A DNA stretch of 22,597 nucleotides from a virus (taxonomy: Duplodnaviria; Heunggongvirae; Uroviricota; Caudoviricetes), in the IMG/VR virus record IMGVR_UViG_2874933748_000003; one strand, written 5' to 3'. Positions 1-10,204 of this stretch are shown here, piece by piece; position 1 is the stretch's first letter; each line of letters opens with the position of its first letter. Below the pieces are notes generated by a model. That model was given only the letters and a program-made list of their open reading frames with translations. It had not been told where the DNA came from and made no database searches. A program made the translations under genes and the position numbers.

Positions 1-200
1 CACAACATCCGAGGACAGCATCGTCCGCCAGCCTACAGAAGTCCGGAAAGCCATGGAAGGTCGTTGGGAGGAGGTACGAATTCTATCATGCAAAAAATAC
101 GTAAAATCGATAACGCCTAGAAATCATTCAATACTCGCACTATCGAAAGTTTACCAGCCAACCGCGGCACGTTCCTGCATACGACGTGCCGCAGCTTCTG

Positions 201-764
201 TTATTCCACGATAAAATTCCTAACCGAATTCAAATCCTTCAGACTATTCAGCTCTTCCTTCAGCTCCCGCTGACGGCGATAAATCTCGTCATTGCGCTCA
301 ACCTGTGCCTGAGCCATTGCTGCCGCCAGTTCTTCCAGTTCCGGCATCGACTGTTTCACCTGCTGATTATCGGCATCACCCCACGTCATCACGTCCCGTA
401 CAATGTCGGATTTCGCAGCCATTACCACCGGATAAAGGCGGCCCAGTGAGTTGGGGCCAGCATTCCAGATACGACCGTTCCATTCAAACGTGAACGGCTT
501 CGCCTCCTGTTCTGTGCGCCATGCTTCAATTCCCTGACGTCTGGCCTCTCTGGCCGCTTCCAGCATTTCTGGTGTCACAGTGAATGGGGCTATCTCACCC
601 CATTTGCCACTTTGCAGTTCCTGCCAGATTCGCTGACCCGTCGGTGCGACATCATCAGCGGTGGCTGTGTAGGGGACTGCCTGGTCCCTGTCGTCAAAAA
701 AAACGTCACAGTCTACTGCGCCACTTTCGGTATAACGGGGATTAATGATTTTTTTAATTTCCAC
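201..764 (-). CDS. Hypothetical prophage protein with C-terminal coiled-coil; possibly a tail fibre assembly/chaperone protein by position only
   Basis: Long ORF 201-824; likely GTG start at 764 preceded by GAGGA 7 nt upstream; lies immediately distal to tail fibre remnants; no family recognised with certainty. Confidence 0.45.
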   Translation of the reverse strand: MEIKKIINPRYTESGAVDCDVFFDDRDQAVPYTATADDVAPTGQRIWQELQSGKWGEIAPFTVTPEMLEAAREARRQGIEAWRTEQEAKPFTFEWNGRIWNAGPNSLGRLYPVVMAAKSDIVRDVMTWGDADNQQVKQSMPELEELAAAMAQAQVERNDEIYRRQRELKEELNSLKDLNSVRNFIVE

Positions 765-902
765 GGTGCATTCCTCACGATGTGCGAATAAAAAGCCCGG
801 GCATTGCGCCAGAGACATGAGCATCCGGCACCCCGGACAGGGCGCTATATGACCCCGGTAATGAATGCTCTGAACATCCCGTAATGAAAAATTGTGGGGA
901 TG

Positions 903-1444
903 CTATATACGTTCCGGTGGGAGTACTGGGCACTGAAATCCCCACCGGTCCCAGTCGTGAGCCTCTGTATGACTGCCCCTGACAAGTCTGATGACTTTAT
1001 CACCGTCAGCTTCTCCACGGTACGCAGCAATAATCAGCCCGCCAATGTCAGGGTCTCCCCATCTGTTGCAGACAGAGCTCGCCACGATTCTGTAAATAAT
1101 ATCTTCTGTGGTTATATTTATTTTCACCCAGCCAGTCAGTCTGGATATGGGCCAGTAGCAGTAGCGGGTGTGATAAATGGGGCCGTTAATGCCGTAAAAA
1201 GTAAGGGATTTGGCTCTGTACCTCGGTTCTGTTGTCTCAGGGCGTGCATCAGTCCACCGGATGCTGAGCACCCCTTCAAACCGTGTGTCGGGTATGATGA
1301 TGTCGTAGGGGCCAGCAACGGAATATTCACCTGGCAGCGCATTCCTTACCCAGGCCAGGAAATCACTCTTAGTGTCAAAACGGATAACATCTTCAGGCAG
1401 AAAAGCACACCCAAAGCCGAATGCGCCGGGTATCGCCAGACGGC
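903..1444 (-). pseudogene. 3-prime remnant of a gene cut by IS600 copy A; possibly the C-terminal part of the side tail fibre gene
   Basis: ORF has no native start and runs upstream into the IS600 terminus at 1445; the opposite strand is also open over the same span, so strand assignment is uncertain. Confidence 0.3.
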
Positions 1445-1487
1445 TGAGGTGTACTGGCAATAGCGGACACTACCATTTGTTCTTTTT

Positions 1488-2302
1488 TTAAGCAGCCATC
1501 TGATGATATTTTTCCCTGAAGGCTGCCGGGGAGATATTCCCCAGACGAGAGTGACGACGCTGACGATTGTAGAAAATCTCAATGTATTCCCGTATTACTG
1601 AGATGGCTTCATCCCGGTTATTAAAACGATAGTGGCTCAGGCTCTCATTTTTCAGCGTTCCCCAGAAGCTTTCCATCGGAGCGTTGTCGTAACAGTTACC
1701 TTTACGCGACATTGATGTTTTCAGACCAGACTGCTCCTGTATGACCCGGTAATCGTATGCGCAGTACTGTGAACCTCGATCAGAGTGGTGGATTAGCCCG
1801 GCAGGTGGGCGCTGGCTCCTGAGCGCCATAAACAGGGCTTTACCTGTCAGCTCTTTTGTCATGCGCTCTCCATGGCGTAGCCGACAATTTCGCACGTATA
1901 AACATCTTTGATGCCAGCGAGGTACAACCATCCCTCCTGTGTGGCAACATACGTCAGGTCCGCCACCCAGACCTGATTTGGTGCTGTAGGAGCGAACGTC
2001 TGGTTCAGCAGATTTGGCGCAACTGGCAGATTGTGGTTCGAGTTCGTAGTCGCTCTGAACTTGCGTTTCTGCTTACAGCGTAGCCTTAGCTCCTTACGAA
2101 GACGTGCCAGTCGGTCACGACCAACGATGATGCCATTCTCTGCCAGCTCCGTCTGGAGCCGCCGGGTTCCATATGTTTCGCGAGTGCGGATATGTGCCAC
2201 CTTAATCTCCAGTTTTAGCCGCTCATCACTTTGTTTTCTGTCTGAGGGTTCATGCTGTACCCAGTTGTAATAACCGCTCTGGATACACCAAATACCTGAC
2301 AC
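1488..2302 (-). pseudogene. IS600 orfB transposase, frameshifted (split into ORFs 1859-2302 and 1488-1931)
   Basis: Translation matches intact OrfB of copy B; a G-run is one base shorter (GCCATGGAGAG versus GCCATGGGAGAG), breaking the frame. Confidence 0.8.
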
Positions 2303-2339
2303 ATCGCTTCAATGGGAAATTGTTGTCGCCATTGTTCGA

Positions 2340-2609
2340 TTAACGCGTATTTTTCAGCGACTCCTGTGCAAAATACGCTGTTGCTTTTTTTAATATATCT
2401 CGCTCAAGGCGAGCTTCATTTAACGCCTTACGCAGTTGCAGAATTTCAGATTCCAGTTCAGCCACCGTGCGGGAACCAGGAGTACCGAGCCCTTTTCTGG
2501 CGGCGGTAACCCATTGTCCTAAAGTGCCTTCAGGAAGAGATAATCGGGAAGCGCCTTCACTGATCGAAAGTTGATTTTCAAGAACCGTTCTGACAGCTTC
2601 AGCTTTGAA
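2340..2609 (-). pseudogene. IS600 orfA, missing its first ~10 codons
   Basis: Matches OrfA from KEFKAEAVRTV onward; canonical 7-A and 5-A tracts present; N-terminus replaced by IS21-family sequence. Confidence 0.75.
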
Positions 2610-3292
2610 CTCTTTAGAGGTATCGATACCGGCTGACCACACAGCGCTTCGGGAACGCTGTAACGATTACCACCAACCTCGATATAGCTGTCCCAGGACA
2701 CATGGCGGATATCGAAGTAACTGGTATCGAAGTCTGTATCCGGTAACGGCTGCAGATGTTCCTGCTCCAGCGCGAAGCGCTGTTCCGGCGTTTCTTTGAA
2801 CTGGCGAAGCTCCCGTTTGTCAGCCACATCGGCTATCCATTGCTCCAGTTGTTGATTGACATGAGTGAAGCTGTCGAACCTGCGGTACCGGACGAAGAAG
2901 TTCTCCTTGAGGTATTTCACCATCCGCTCAACCTTACCTTTTGTTCTGGCCCTGCGTGGACGGCATGCCCGTGGCAGGAAGTTATAGTGGTCAGCCAGCA
3001 ACAGGAATCCGGAGTTGAACACGACTTTCCCGTTGTTATTCTTCAGCACCGCAGCCTTCTGGTTATCAACCAGCACCGTTTTCACACAATCACCGAAGTA
3101 GCGGAAGGCGCGAACCAGTGATTCGTAGGTATGCTCAGCATCCTGTTTTGGTGCGGCGAAGACATGGAAGCTGCGGGAGAACCCCAGCGTATTAACCGCA
3201 AAGTTAACTTTGCACCGTTGCCCGGCAACCTCCACCTCAACTTCGCCCCAGTCATGCTGGAGCTGGTATCCAGGCTGAGTTTCGAAGCGAAC
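2610..3292 (-). pseudogene. istA: IS21-family transposase IstA, central/C-terminal segment
   Basis: Translation RFETQPGYQLQHDWGEVEVEVAGQRCKVNF...GNRYSVPEALCGQPVSI; ORF 2519-3235 in the track runs on into IS600 sequence. Confidence 0.7.
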
Positions 3293-3356
3293 TGAGGTAG
3301 CCTGAGTTTAACGGACACTCCTTCCTGAAATAGAATGGCATCAGAAGGAGCTAATA

Positions 3357-3656
3357 ATGAGCAGAAAAACCCAACGTTACTCTAAAGAGTTCAAAGCCGA
3401 AGCTGTCAGAACGGTTCCTGAAAATCAACTTTCGATCAGTGAAGGCGCTTCCCGATTATCTCTTCCTGAAGGCACTTTAGGACAATGGGTTACCGCCGCC
3501 AGAAAAGGGCTCGGTACTCCTGGTTCCCGCACGGTGGCTGAACTGGAATCTGAAATTCTGCAACTGCGTAAGGCGTTAAATGAAGCTCGCCTTGAGCGAG
3601 ATATATTAAAAAGCAACAGCGTATTTTGCACAGGAGTCGCTGAAAATACGCGTTAA
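3357..3656 (+). CDS. IS600 OrfA (variant C-terminus ...KSNSVFCTGVAENTR)
   Basis: 99-aa ORF with HTH-like N-terminus MSRKTQRYSKEFKAEAVRTV; first A-tract has 5 A and second has 4 A, versus 7 and 5 in copies A and C. Confidence 0.8.
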   Translation: MSRKTQRYSKEFKAEAVRTVPENQLSISEGASRLSLPEGTLGQWVTAARKGLGTPGSRTVAELESEILQLRKALNEARLERDILKSNSVFCTGVAENTR

Positions 3657-3693
3657 TCGAACAATGGCGACAACAATTTCCCATTGAAGCGAT

Positions 3694-4509
3694 GTGTCAG
3701 GTATTTGGTGTATCCGGAGCGGTTATTACAACTGGGTACAGCATGAACCCTCAGACAGAAAACAAAGTGATGAGCGGCTAAAACTGGAGATTAAGGTGGC
3801 ACATATCCGCACTCGCGAAACATATGGAACCCGGCGGCTCCAGACGGAGCTGGCAGAGAATGGCATCATCGTTGGTCGTGACCGACTGGCACGTCTTCGT
3901 AAGGAGCTAAGGCTACGCTGTAAGCAGAAACGCAAGTTCAGAGCGACTACGAACTCGAACCACAATCTGCCAGTTGCGCCAAATCTGCTGAACCAGACGT
4001 TCGCTCCTACAGCACCAAATCAGGTCTGGGTGGCGGACCTGACGTATGTTGCCACACAGGAGGGATGGTTGTACCTCGCTGGCATCAAAGATGTTTATAC
4101 GTGCGAAATTGTCGGCTACGCCATGGGAGAGCGCATGACAAAAGAGCTGACAGGTAAAGCCCTGTTTATGGCGCTCAGGAGCCAGCGCCCACCTGCCGGG
4201 CTAATCCACCACTCTGATCGAGGTTCACAGTACTGCGCATACGATTACCGGGTCATACAGGAGCAGTCTGGTCTGAAAACATCAATGTCGCGTAAAGGTA
4301 ACTGTTACGACAACGCTCCGATGGAAAGCTTCTGGGGAACGCTGAAAAATGAGAGCCTGAGCCACTATCGTTTTAATAACCGGGATGAAGCCATCTCAGT
4401 AATACGGGAATACATTGAGATTTTCTACAATCGTCAGCGTCGTCACTCTCGTCTGGGGAATATCTCCCCGGCAGCCTTCAGGGAAAAATATCATCAGATG
4501 GCTGCTTAA
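3694..4509 (+). CDS. IS600 OrfB transposase (DDE/integrase core), the only unbroken orfB in the window
   Basis: 271-aa ORF; both halves match the split orfB frames of copies A, D and E. Confidence 0.85.
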   Translation: MSGIWCIRSGYYNWVQHEPSDRKQSDERLKLEIKVAHIRTRETYGTRRLQTELAENGIIVGRDRLARLRKELRLRCKQKRKFRATTNSNHNLPVAPNLLNQTFAPTAPNQVWVADLTYVATQEGWLYLAGIKDVYTCEIVGYAMGERMTKELTGKALFMALRSQRPPAGLIHHSDRGSQYCAYDYRVIQEQSGLKTSMSRKGNCYDNAPMESFWGTLKNESLSHYRFNNRDEAISVIREYIEIFYNRQRRHSRLGNISPAAFREKYHQMAA

Positions 4510-4552
4510 AAAAAGAACAAATGGTAGTGTCCGCTATTGCCAGTACACCTCA

Positions 4553-4879
4553 AACTGTTCTTTTTGACGGACGCATTTTACGTTTGGGCTGGATGTAGTA
4601 ACGCAGCATGGAACGTCCGCCCGTATAACCCATTGCCTTAATCTCCGCGAAGATAACCTCGCTATTCCAGACATTCTCTGCCAGGCGCATGTCGATGTAA
4701 TCCATAAACGGTTTCAGCTTAACCATTTTGTGGCGGGTCTTTCTGGCTGGCGGTTCAGGGTATTTGAGGTAGCGTCTGACCGTCCGTTCAGAGCAACCAA
4801 TCTGAGTCGCAATATCGACGATGTACGCGCCCTGCTGGCGCATTTGCTTTATCATGTAAAAGTCCTCTCTGCTCAGCAT
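4553..4879 (-). pseudogene. istA: IS21-family transposase IstA, N-terminal HTH segment
   Basis: Translation MLSREDFYMIKQMRQQGAYIVDIATQIGCSERTVRRYL...KRKMRPSKRTV, then IS600 B. Confidence 0.75.
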
Positions 4880-4980
4880 GTTGATGTCCTTTCTGGTGTG
4901 AGAACCTTAAGGAAACAACATGTTGGGTGGAGCGGACAATCCAAATGGCGAATTACCGTCTTATATCACTGGCGCTGACA

Positions 4981-5292
4981 CTTCATCACCTCCGGACGTA
5001 AATCACCATCCTTTGGTGCATTCAGAAACGCGTTCAGTGTCCCCGGTGCATCAGTCGGTGCCACATCAATATCCCCGACACGGGTTGGCTGCCAGCCGTT
5101 ACAGTGAAGCGCAACCTCGTAATACCCCGGCTCAGCCTCAATCACATAAGCACCGTTATTGTCCGTCACGCAAGTGGCAACAACGTGTGCCACAACGGTC
5201 GGACTGGTTCTTCTGGCCCGCAGTTCAATCGCACAATTTACGACAGGTTTACCCGCCCCATCTTTCAGTACACCTGAAATCTTTACTGCCAT
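4981..5292 (-). pseudogene. stf: Side tail fibre gene, N-terminal ~104 codons only, truncated by the IS21-family insertion
   Basis: MAVKISGVLKDGAGKPV...GTLNAFLNAPKDGDLRPEV resembles the N-terminus of lambda Stf; frame continues into the IS terminus and stops. Confidence 0.75.
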
Positions 5293-5302
5293 ATTCACCC
5301 CA

Positions 5303-5328
5303 CAAAAAGCCCGCCTGAACCAGCGGGC
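5303..5328 (-). terminator. Intrinsic terminator-like hairpin downstream of lom
   Basis: Minus strand reads GCCCGC-TGGTTCAG-GCGGGC followed by TTTTTGTGGGG. Confidence 0.5.
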
Positions 5329-5355
5329 AGTCATAACACTGTGTTACCTGGCTAA

Positions 5356-5955
5356 TCAGAACTTATAACCGACACCCACGATGAAACCGTCAGTGCGCCA
5401 GTCACCACTGCCGGAACCTTCATAAGCAAGGTCAATGGCCACGGATTCGGTCGGGTTAAACTGCACGCCAGCCCCCCACGCCAGAGACGTGTTGCTGTGG
5501 CGACCGCCATCACTTCCGGTCAGCACATCGTGCGTTTTCCCCTTGTTGTCAGTTACGCGGAGATAATCCCCGGAGAAGGTCGACACACGGCTGTAAGCCA
5601 CGCCCGCCATCGCATACGCGCTGAACCATTCATTCACGCGCACAGACGGCCCCGCCATCACGCTGAACCAGCGGTTACGCACGGAATCCTCATGCCAGCG
5701 GGTATCGCTGTAATGCGTTTTTTGCTCATCTTCAGCGTTGGCATAACTGAATGACGTAATCAGCCCCAGCGTGTCCGTAAACTCATAACGGTATTTCACG
5801 TTAATGCCCTTCAGGTCATCGCTGCCTGGCATATCAGTATGGGTCTGAAGATACCCGGCGCTCAGCGTGGACTGATGTTCAGACGCCCATGCAGGCGCAC
5901 CGGATACGGCCAGACAGATGGCTGCGGACAAAATGGCTGCACAAACTTTACGCAT
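5356..5955 (-). CDS. lom: Lom-like outer membrane protein (Ail/Lom family), a lambda moron
   Basis: 199-aa ORF with signal peptide and C-terminal ...GVGYKF beta-barrel ending; positioned between J and stf as in lambda. Confidence 0.9.
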   Translation of the reverse strand: MRKVCAAILSAAICLAVSGAPAWASEHQSTLSAGYLQTHTDMPGSDDLKGINVKYRYEFTDTLGLITSFSYANAEDEQKTHYSDTRWHEDSVRNRWFSVMAGPSVRVNEWFSAYAMAGVAYSRVSTFSGDYLRVTDNKGKTHDVLTGSDGGRHSNTSLAWGAGVQFNPTESVAIDLAYEGSGSGDWRTDGFIVGVGYKF

Positions 5956-5977
5956 AATTACCTCTCGCTTTTCTGCA

Positions 5978-6004
5978 ATAAAAAAGGCACCATTTCTGGT
6001 GCCC
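5978..6004 (-). terminator. Intrinsic terminator between J and lom
   Basis: Minus strand reads GGCACC-AGAAAT-GGTGCC followed by TTTTTTATTG. Confidence 0.6.
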
Positions 6005-6022
6005 GTATCTGGGTTATAAAAT

Positions 6023-9000
6023 TCAGCTAATCGTGATGCCTGCAGTGGCTTTCTTCATCACCACAACCAGCAAATCGCTGATACTTGCTGTGGGATACCA
6101 GCCATTTACCAGCCATGCCGATACAGAAAACTCCAGCGTCATGTGACCGTGACCGGCAGGCATATCAATAACACCCGTATATATCAGCGTATTATCCAGG
6201 GTCGTTCGGTTATAAATTTCAGCACCGTTTTTCTTCACTATCAGGCGGCATGACGAATAAATATTGTTATTCTTCCGCTCATGTTTAGCACCGCGAAACG
6301 CCACCGCGGGAATAACAATTTGCCGATCAAACGGCTGATCGTCATAAACCCTGACGGTAATGGTCCCTGATGGCCACCTCTCCGGTGCCCGGGAGTCCCG
6401 TGGGAAAGGTTTGCCCACTGTTTTAACGAGATCGCCTTCAATCTGGTTCGCGGACAATTTTCCCAGAACCCGACAGTTCTTATTAATCGTGACGTTGTTG
6501 AGCGTCCCGGAGTTCGCGTTCACGTTACCGCTGATATCGGCATTTTTCGCCGTCAGCCGTCCGCCAGGTGTCAGGGAAAATGCCGGAGGATTACCGCCGC
6601 TGGTAATGGTCGGAGCCGTCAGGCATTTCAGGAACACGTCGTTCATGAATATCTGATCGCCCTGACCAACAAACATCGGCTTTGTGTTGCCATTCGCAGG
6701 ATTAATCATCGCAATCCTGTCTGCCGCCAGCAGCACCTGACTCTGCATTCCTGCTGGCGTATTCTCAATACCGGCACCGATACCCGCAATATAAAGGCGT
6801 CCGTCCTTCATCTGTTGCAGCTTCACAGCCCACATGCTGTTCAGGTTATTATTTGTATCAACCTGAACTTTCTGTATCTGCTGGATTGCAGCACTCTGAT
6901 TTTCCAGTTTTTTATTGACGGTTTGCGTGATTTCATTGCTGACATTCGTAATGGACGTCCTGATTTCAGTCAGGTCCGGCGCAAGCTGACCGTTATCAAT
7001 CTGCGTCCACAACTCCTTGCCGAGATGCGTTTTATTGATCAACCCTTTATAAAAATTCAGATAACCTTCTGCATCATCGCTCGCCCGACCGATGGCCTCC
7101 ACAAATGCCGATTTGCCAACGGTGTTCACACTGCGAACGTAAAAATAATAATCATGGCCCGGCCTGATATTGATACTGGCGGCTATCCAGTACAGCGCCG
7201 TGCCAAGATAGCGGGCGCTGGTTTCAACCTGCCTGATATCCGCAATCCGCTTTTCCGAAAACCAGAACTCAAACTGCACCGTCGGGTCATATACAGCCAG
7301 TTTCGGGACCGCCGTTATCTGAAAATACCCCGGTATCAGTTCAATAGTGACAGGCGCTGCCGGTGCCGCAATCCGGAACGATACCGACGCCGGATCGCCC
7401 TGCTGCCCCCGGGCATTTACCGCCCGGACTGTCAGACTGTAATTCCCCAGCGCCAGCTGCCTGAAGCGGTATGTGGTTTCCGTCGTCCTGGCTGTGCTGA
7501 CCAGCCGCTCACTGCCGTCGTCCGCTGCCACGGTCAGGCGAAGCAGGAAGCTCACACCCTTCACCACCTTCGGCGTGTCCCATCGCGCCAGCACCTGATA
7601 TTCCCCGCTGTCTGCGGTGACTTCGGCGGTCAGATGCTGCACCGCTGGCGGCGTGACACCATTCACCGTGCCGCGCCGGTCACCGTCAAAGTGTGCCCCG
7701 TTATCCACGATGGCCTCTTTTTCCGGCACATGCTGCACGGCGGTGATGGCATACGTGCCGTCGTCGTTCTCACGGATACTCACGCAGCGGAACAGACGCT
7801 GGCGCAGCGTCGGCAGCTTCAGCCCCCACACGCTGTATTCTGCAACGCCGTCAGGAACCCGGCTCACTTTCACCTTCACGCCGTCGGTGACGGACTGGAC
7901 CTCCACGCTGACCGGATTGCCACTTCCGTCAACCAGGCTTATCAGCGTGGTACCGGAGGACGGCAGCGTGATTTCACGGTCGAGCGTCAGCGTCCGGGTC
8001 TGGCTGTTCACCGCCAGTACGCGACCACCGGTGCTGATACCGGCATAATCATCATCGCAGATTTCAATGACATCACCCGGTACATGGCGAAGCCCTTCTG
8101 CGCCCACGCTGAAGTCCACGGTCTGCGTTTCCAGCAGTTCCGTTTTAATCAGCCACAGCCCGGCTCGGTGTGCCTGCCCCCGGCTGGTACAGCCAAAGGC
8201 ATCCATCTTCGTGACATTACGACCGTAACGGGCAATGGCCTGCGTATCCTCCACAAGCTCTGTCGCCGTCTCCCAGCCGTTATCTGGGTCAATCCAGTTC
8301 ACCTCAACGGCATTATGGCGGTCCTTCAGGGCGCTGAAGCTGTAGCGGAACGGCGCGCCATCGTCCGGCATCACCACATTACTGCGGTTATAGGTCCACA
8401 CCTTATCCGACGGTCGGTCCTGCACGAACGTCAGCATCTGTCCGTTCCATACCGGCATACAGCGCATCGCCGAGCAGAAATCACTGAGAACATCCCACGC
8501 CTTACGCTGTGTGGTCAGGTAAGAGTTACAGGTGATGCGCGGCTCCGTGCCGCCAAATCCGTCCGTCACTGACTGGTCGCAGTACTGGCCGATGACATAC
8601 AGCGCCCATTTGTCCACATCTGCCGCACCAAGACGTTTCCCCATGCCGTAGCGCGGATGAGTGAGCATGTCCCACAGACACCAGGCCATGTTGTTGCTGT
8701 ATGCTGGCTTAAGCGTTCCGTCCCAGATACCGCTGTATTGCCGCGTCTGCGGGTTATAGTTCGACGGCACCTGCAGAATGCGCCCGCGAAGATGATAATT
8801 GCGACTCACCTGCTGGTTACCGAACTGCTCTGAATCCACCTGCACGCCGACCAGCGCCGTGTTCGGGTAGCACTGTTTCACATCGATGATTTCGGTGTAC
8901 GACGACCAGAGCGTTTTGTTCTGCAGCTGGTCTGTGGTGCTGTCCGGTGTCATCCTGCGCATCCGGATATTAAACGGGCGCGGCGGCAGGTTACCCACCA

Positions 9001-9502
9001 CCACCGAGGCCAGATACTGCGAAGTGGTTTTGCCCTTAATGGTGATGTCTTTTTCCGTCACCCAGCCACCGTTACGCTGTATCTGAACCAGCAGGCGGAC
9101 TTCCGACGGATTCCGGTCACCCTTTGAGGTGGTTTCCACCAGTGCCTGCACACCGAAGGTCAGGCGCAGACGGTCGATGTTTGCCGACGTGATGGTCCGG
9201 GTGATCGGCGTGTCATATTTCACTTCCGTACCCAGCACCGTCTCGGAGCCGGAGGATTCAAAACCCTCCGGCGGTGTCTGCTCCTGCTCACCTGCACGGA
9301 ACACCACCGTAACACCGGAAAAGTTTGTCTTCCCCTCGCTGTCCAGGACCGGCGTACCGTTCAGCAGCACGCTTTTTAATCCATCCACCGGACCGTCAAC
9401 CGGCCCTTCGCTGATGGCATCAATCACACTCAGCAACTGCGTGGATTTCAGGTTGTCCTTCGCTTCGCGCGGGGTATGCCCCTTACTGCTGCCTTTACCC
9501 AT
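6023..9502 (-). CDS. J: Tail tip / host specificity protein J
   Basis: 1159-aa ORF colinear with lambda J from [20 protein letters not shown] onward. Confidence 0.95.
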   Translation of the reverse strand: MGKGSSKGHTPREAKDNLKSTQLLSVIDAISEGPVDGPVDGLKSVLLNGTPVLDSEGKTNFSGVTVVFRAGEQEQTPPEGFESSGSETVLGTEVKYDTPITRTITSANIDRLRLTFGVQALVETTSKGDRNPSEVRLLVQIQRNGGWVTEKDITIKGKTTSQYLASVVVGNLPPRPFNIRMRRMTPDSTTDQLQNKTLWSSYTEIIDVKQCYPNTALVGVQVDSEQFGNQQVSRNYHLRGRILQVPSNYNPQTRQYSGIWDGTLKPAYSNNMAWCLWDMLTHPRYGMGKRLGAADVDKWALYVIGQYCDQSVTDGFGGTEPRITCNSYLTTQRKAWDVLSDFCSAMRCMPVWNGQMLTFVQDRPSDKVWTYNRSNVVMPDDGAPFRYSFSALKDRHNAVEVNWIDPDNGWETATELVEDTQAIARYGRNVTKMDAFGCTSRGQAHRAGLWLIKTELLETQTVDFSVGAEGLRHVPGDVIEICDDDYAGISTGGRVLAVNSQTRTLTLDREITLPSSGTTLISLVDGSGNPVSVEVQSVTDGVKVKVSRVPDGVAEYSVWGLKLPTLRQRLFRCVSIRENDDGTYAITAVQHVPEKEAIVDNGAHFDGDRRGTVNGVTPPAVQHLTAEVTADSGEYQVLARWDTPKVVKGVSFLLRLTVAADDGSERLVSTARTTETTYRFRQLALGNYSLTVRAVNARGQQGDPASVSFRIAAPAAPVTIELIPGYFQITAVPKLAVYDPTVQFEFWFSEKRIADIRQVETSARYLGTALYWIAASINIRPGHDYYFYVRSVNTVGKSAFVEAIGRASDDAEGYLNFYKGLINKTHLGKELWTQIDNGQLAPDLTEIRTSITNVSNEITQTVNKKLENQSAAIQQIQKVQVDTNNNLNSMWAVKLQQMKDGRLYIAGIGAGIENTPAGMQSQVLLAADRIAMINPANGNTKPMFVGQGDQIFMNDVFLKCLTAPTITSGGNPPAFSLTPGGRLTAKNADISGNVNANSGTLNNVTINKNCRVLGKLSANQIEGDLVKTVGKPFPRDSRAPERWPSGTITVRVYDDQPFDRQIVIPAVAFRGAKHERKNNNIYSSCRLIVKKNGAEIYNRTTLDNTLIYTGVIDMPAGHGHMTLEFSVSAWLVNGWYPTASISDLLVVVMKKATAGITIS

Positions 9503-9524
9503 TCCTCACGCTCCATAAACGACA

Positions 9525-9544
9525 AAACCGCCCGCAGGCGGTTT
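9525..9544 (-). other. GC hairpin plus U-tract in the I-J intergenic region, overlapping the J ribosome-binding region
   Basis: Minus strand reads AAACCGCC-TGCG-GGCGGTTTT GTCGTTTATGGAGCGTGAGGA ATG. Confidence 0.4.
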
Positions 9545-9562
9545 CACATAAAACATTTTGCA

Positions 9563-10204
9563 TCAGCGACCAATCACCACAACCTGACCACCATCCCCTT
9601 CGTCTGCCGTGCTGATCTCCTGAGAAACCACACGTGACCCCACGCGCATTTCACCGTACAGAACGGGCAGAACATTGCCCTGGGCAACCATGTTATCCAG
9701 TGACGAGAAATACGTGTTCTGCTTACCGTTATCCGTTGTCTGTGTACGGGGAGTTCTGGCTTTCGGTGCCAGCATCTGTGCAACACCGCCAAGCGTCATA
9801 CTGGCACCGAGAGAAAACAGCAGATTACTCGCCATAATTCCTACCCCCGGCATCCATATAGCAACCGCCATAACAGCCGCCCCCAGCACCGCCTGAAACA
9901 CACCGCCACTTTTAGCTCCCACCAGACGCGGTACTATGTGGATCACTGCACCATTTGCCAGCGGCTCATTAAGACGGGCAGACAATTCGGTTTCACCTGC
10001 ATCACGCCCGGCAATGCGCACCTGATACCAGCCGTCACTCAGTTTCTGACGAAACGCCGGGAGCTGTGTGGCCAGTGCCCGGATGGCTTCAGCCCCCGTT
10101 TTCACACGAAGGTCGATGCGGCGACCAAATCGTTGTAAATCCCCGTAAAGGCAGATGCGCGCCATGCCCGGTGACGCCAGAGGGAGTGTGTGCGTCGCTG
10201 CCAT
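9563..10204 (-). CDS. I: Tail assembly protein I
   Basis: 213-aa ORF starting MAATHTLPLASPGMARICLYGDLQRFGRRIDLRV, as lambda I; overlaps the 3-prime end of K as in lambda. Confidence 0.9.
   Translation of the reverse strand: MAATHTLPLASPGMARICLYGDLQRFGRRIDLRVKTGAEAIRALATQLPAFRQKLSDGWYQVRIAGRDAGETELSARLNEPLANGAVIHIVPRLVGAKSGGVFQAVLGAAVMAVAIWMPGVGIMASNLLFSLGASMTLGGVAQMLAPKARTPRTQTTDNGKQNTYFSSLDNMVAQGNVLPVLYGEMRVGSRVVSQEISTADEGDGGQVVVIGR

Larger units (their letters stand above)
1445..2609 (-). mobile_element. IS600 (IS3 family) copy A, truncated at its orfA end
   Basis: Terminus TGAGGTGTACTGGCAATAGCGGACAC at 1445; sequence matches the other IS600 copies up to 2609, where it diverges into IS21-family istA sequence. 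Confidence 0.85.
3293..4552 (+). mobile_element. IS600 copy B, full length, inserted into istA with a 3-bp target duplication AAC
   Basis: Ends TGAGGTAGCCTGAG ... CAGTACACCTCA; AAC at 3290-3292 and at 4553-4555. Confidence 0.9.
2610..4980 (-). mobile_element. IS21-family element remnant (istA only, no istB), interrupted by IS600 copy B and truncated at 2610
   Basis: Terminus on the minus strand begins TGTCAGCGCCAGTGATATAAGACGG at 4980; istA reading frame is continuous across the IS600 B insertion once the IS and one AAC repeat are removed. Confidence 0.7.

Noticed and set aside
164-192. Hairpin GCGGCACGT ... ACGTGCCGC as an intrinsic terminator
   Set aside because: A 9-bp stem is present, but no U-tract follows on the strand of the adjacent gene, so it is at most a 3-prime stabilising stem-loop.
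845-1030. 61-aa minus-strand ORF
   Set aside because: Short, overlaps the larger frames at 894-1463, and has no ribosome-binding site.
2031-2270. 79-aa and 96-aa ORFs that recur inside every IS600 and IS1 copy (also 3726-3965, 13141-13380, 21281-21520, 16853-17143, 20369-20659)
   Set aside because: They are antisense to the transposase genes and recur only because the IS copies recur; not independent genes.
6815-8572. 585-aa plus-strand ORF
   Set aside because: Lies entirely antisense to J, which is clearly the real gene; composition is Arg/His/Cys-rich and not protein-like. It is a shadow ORF.
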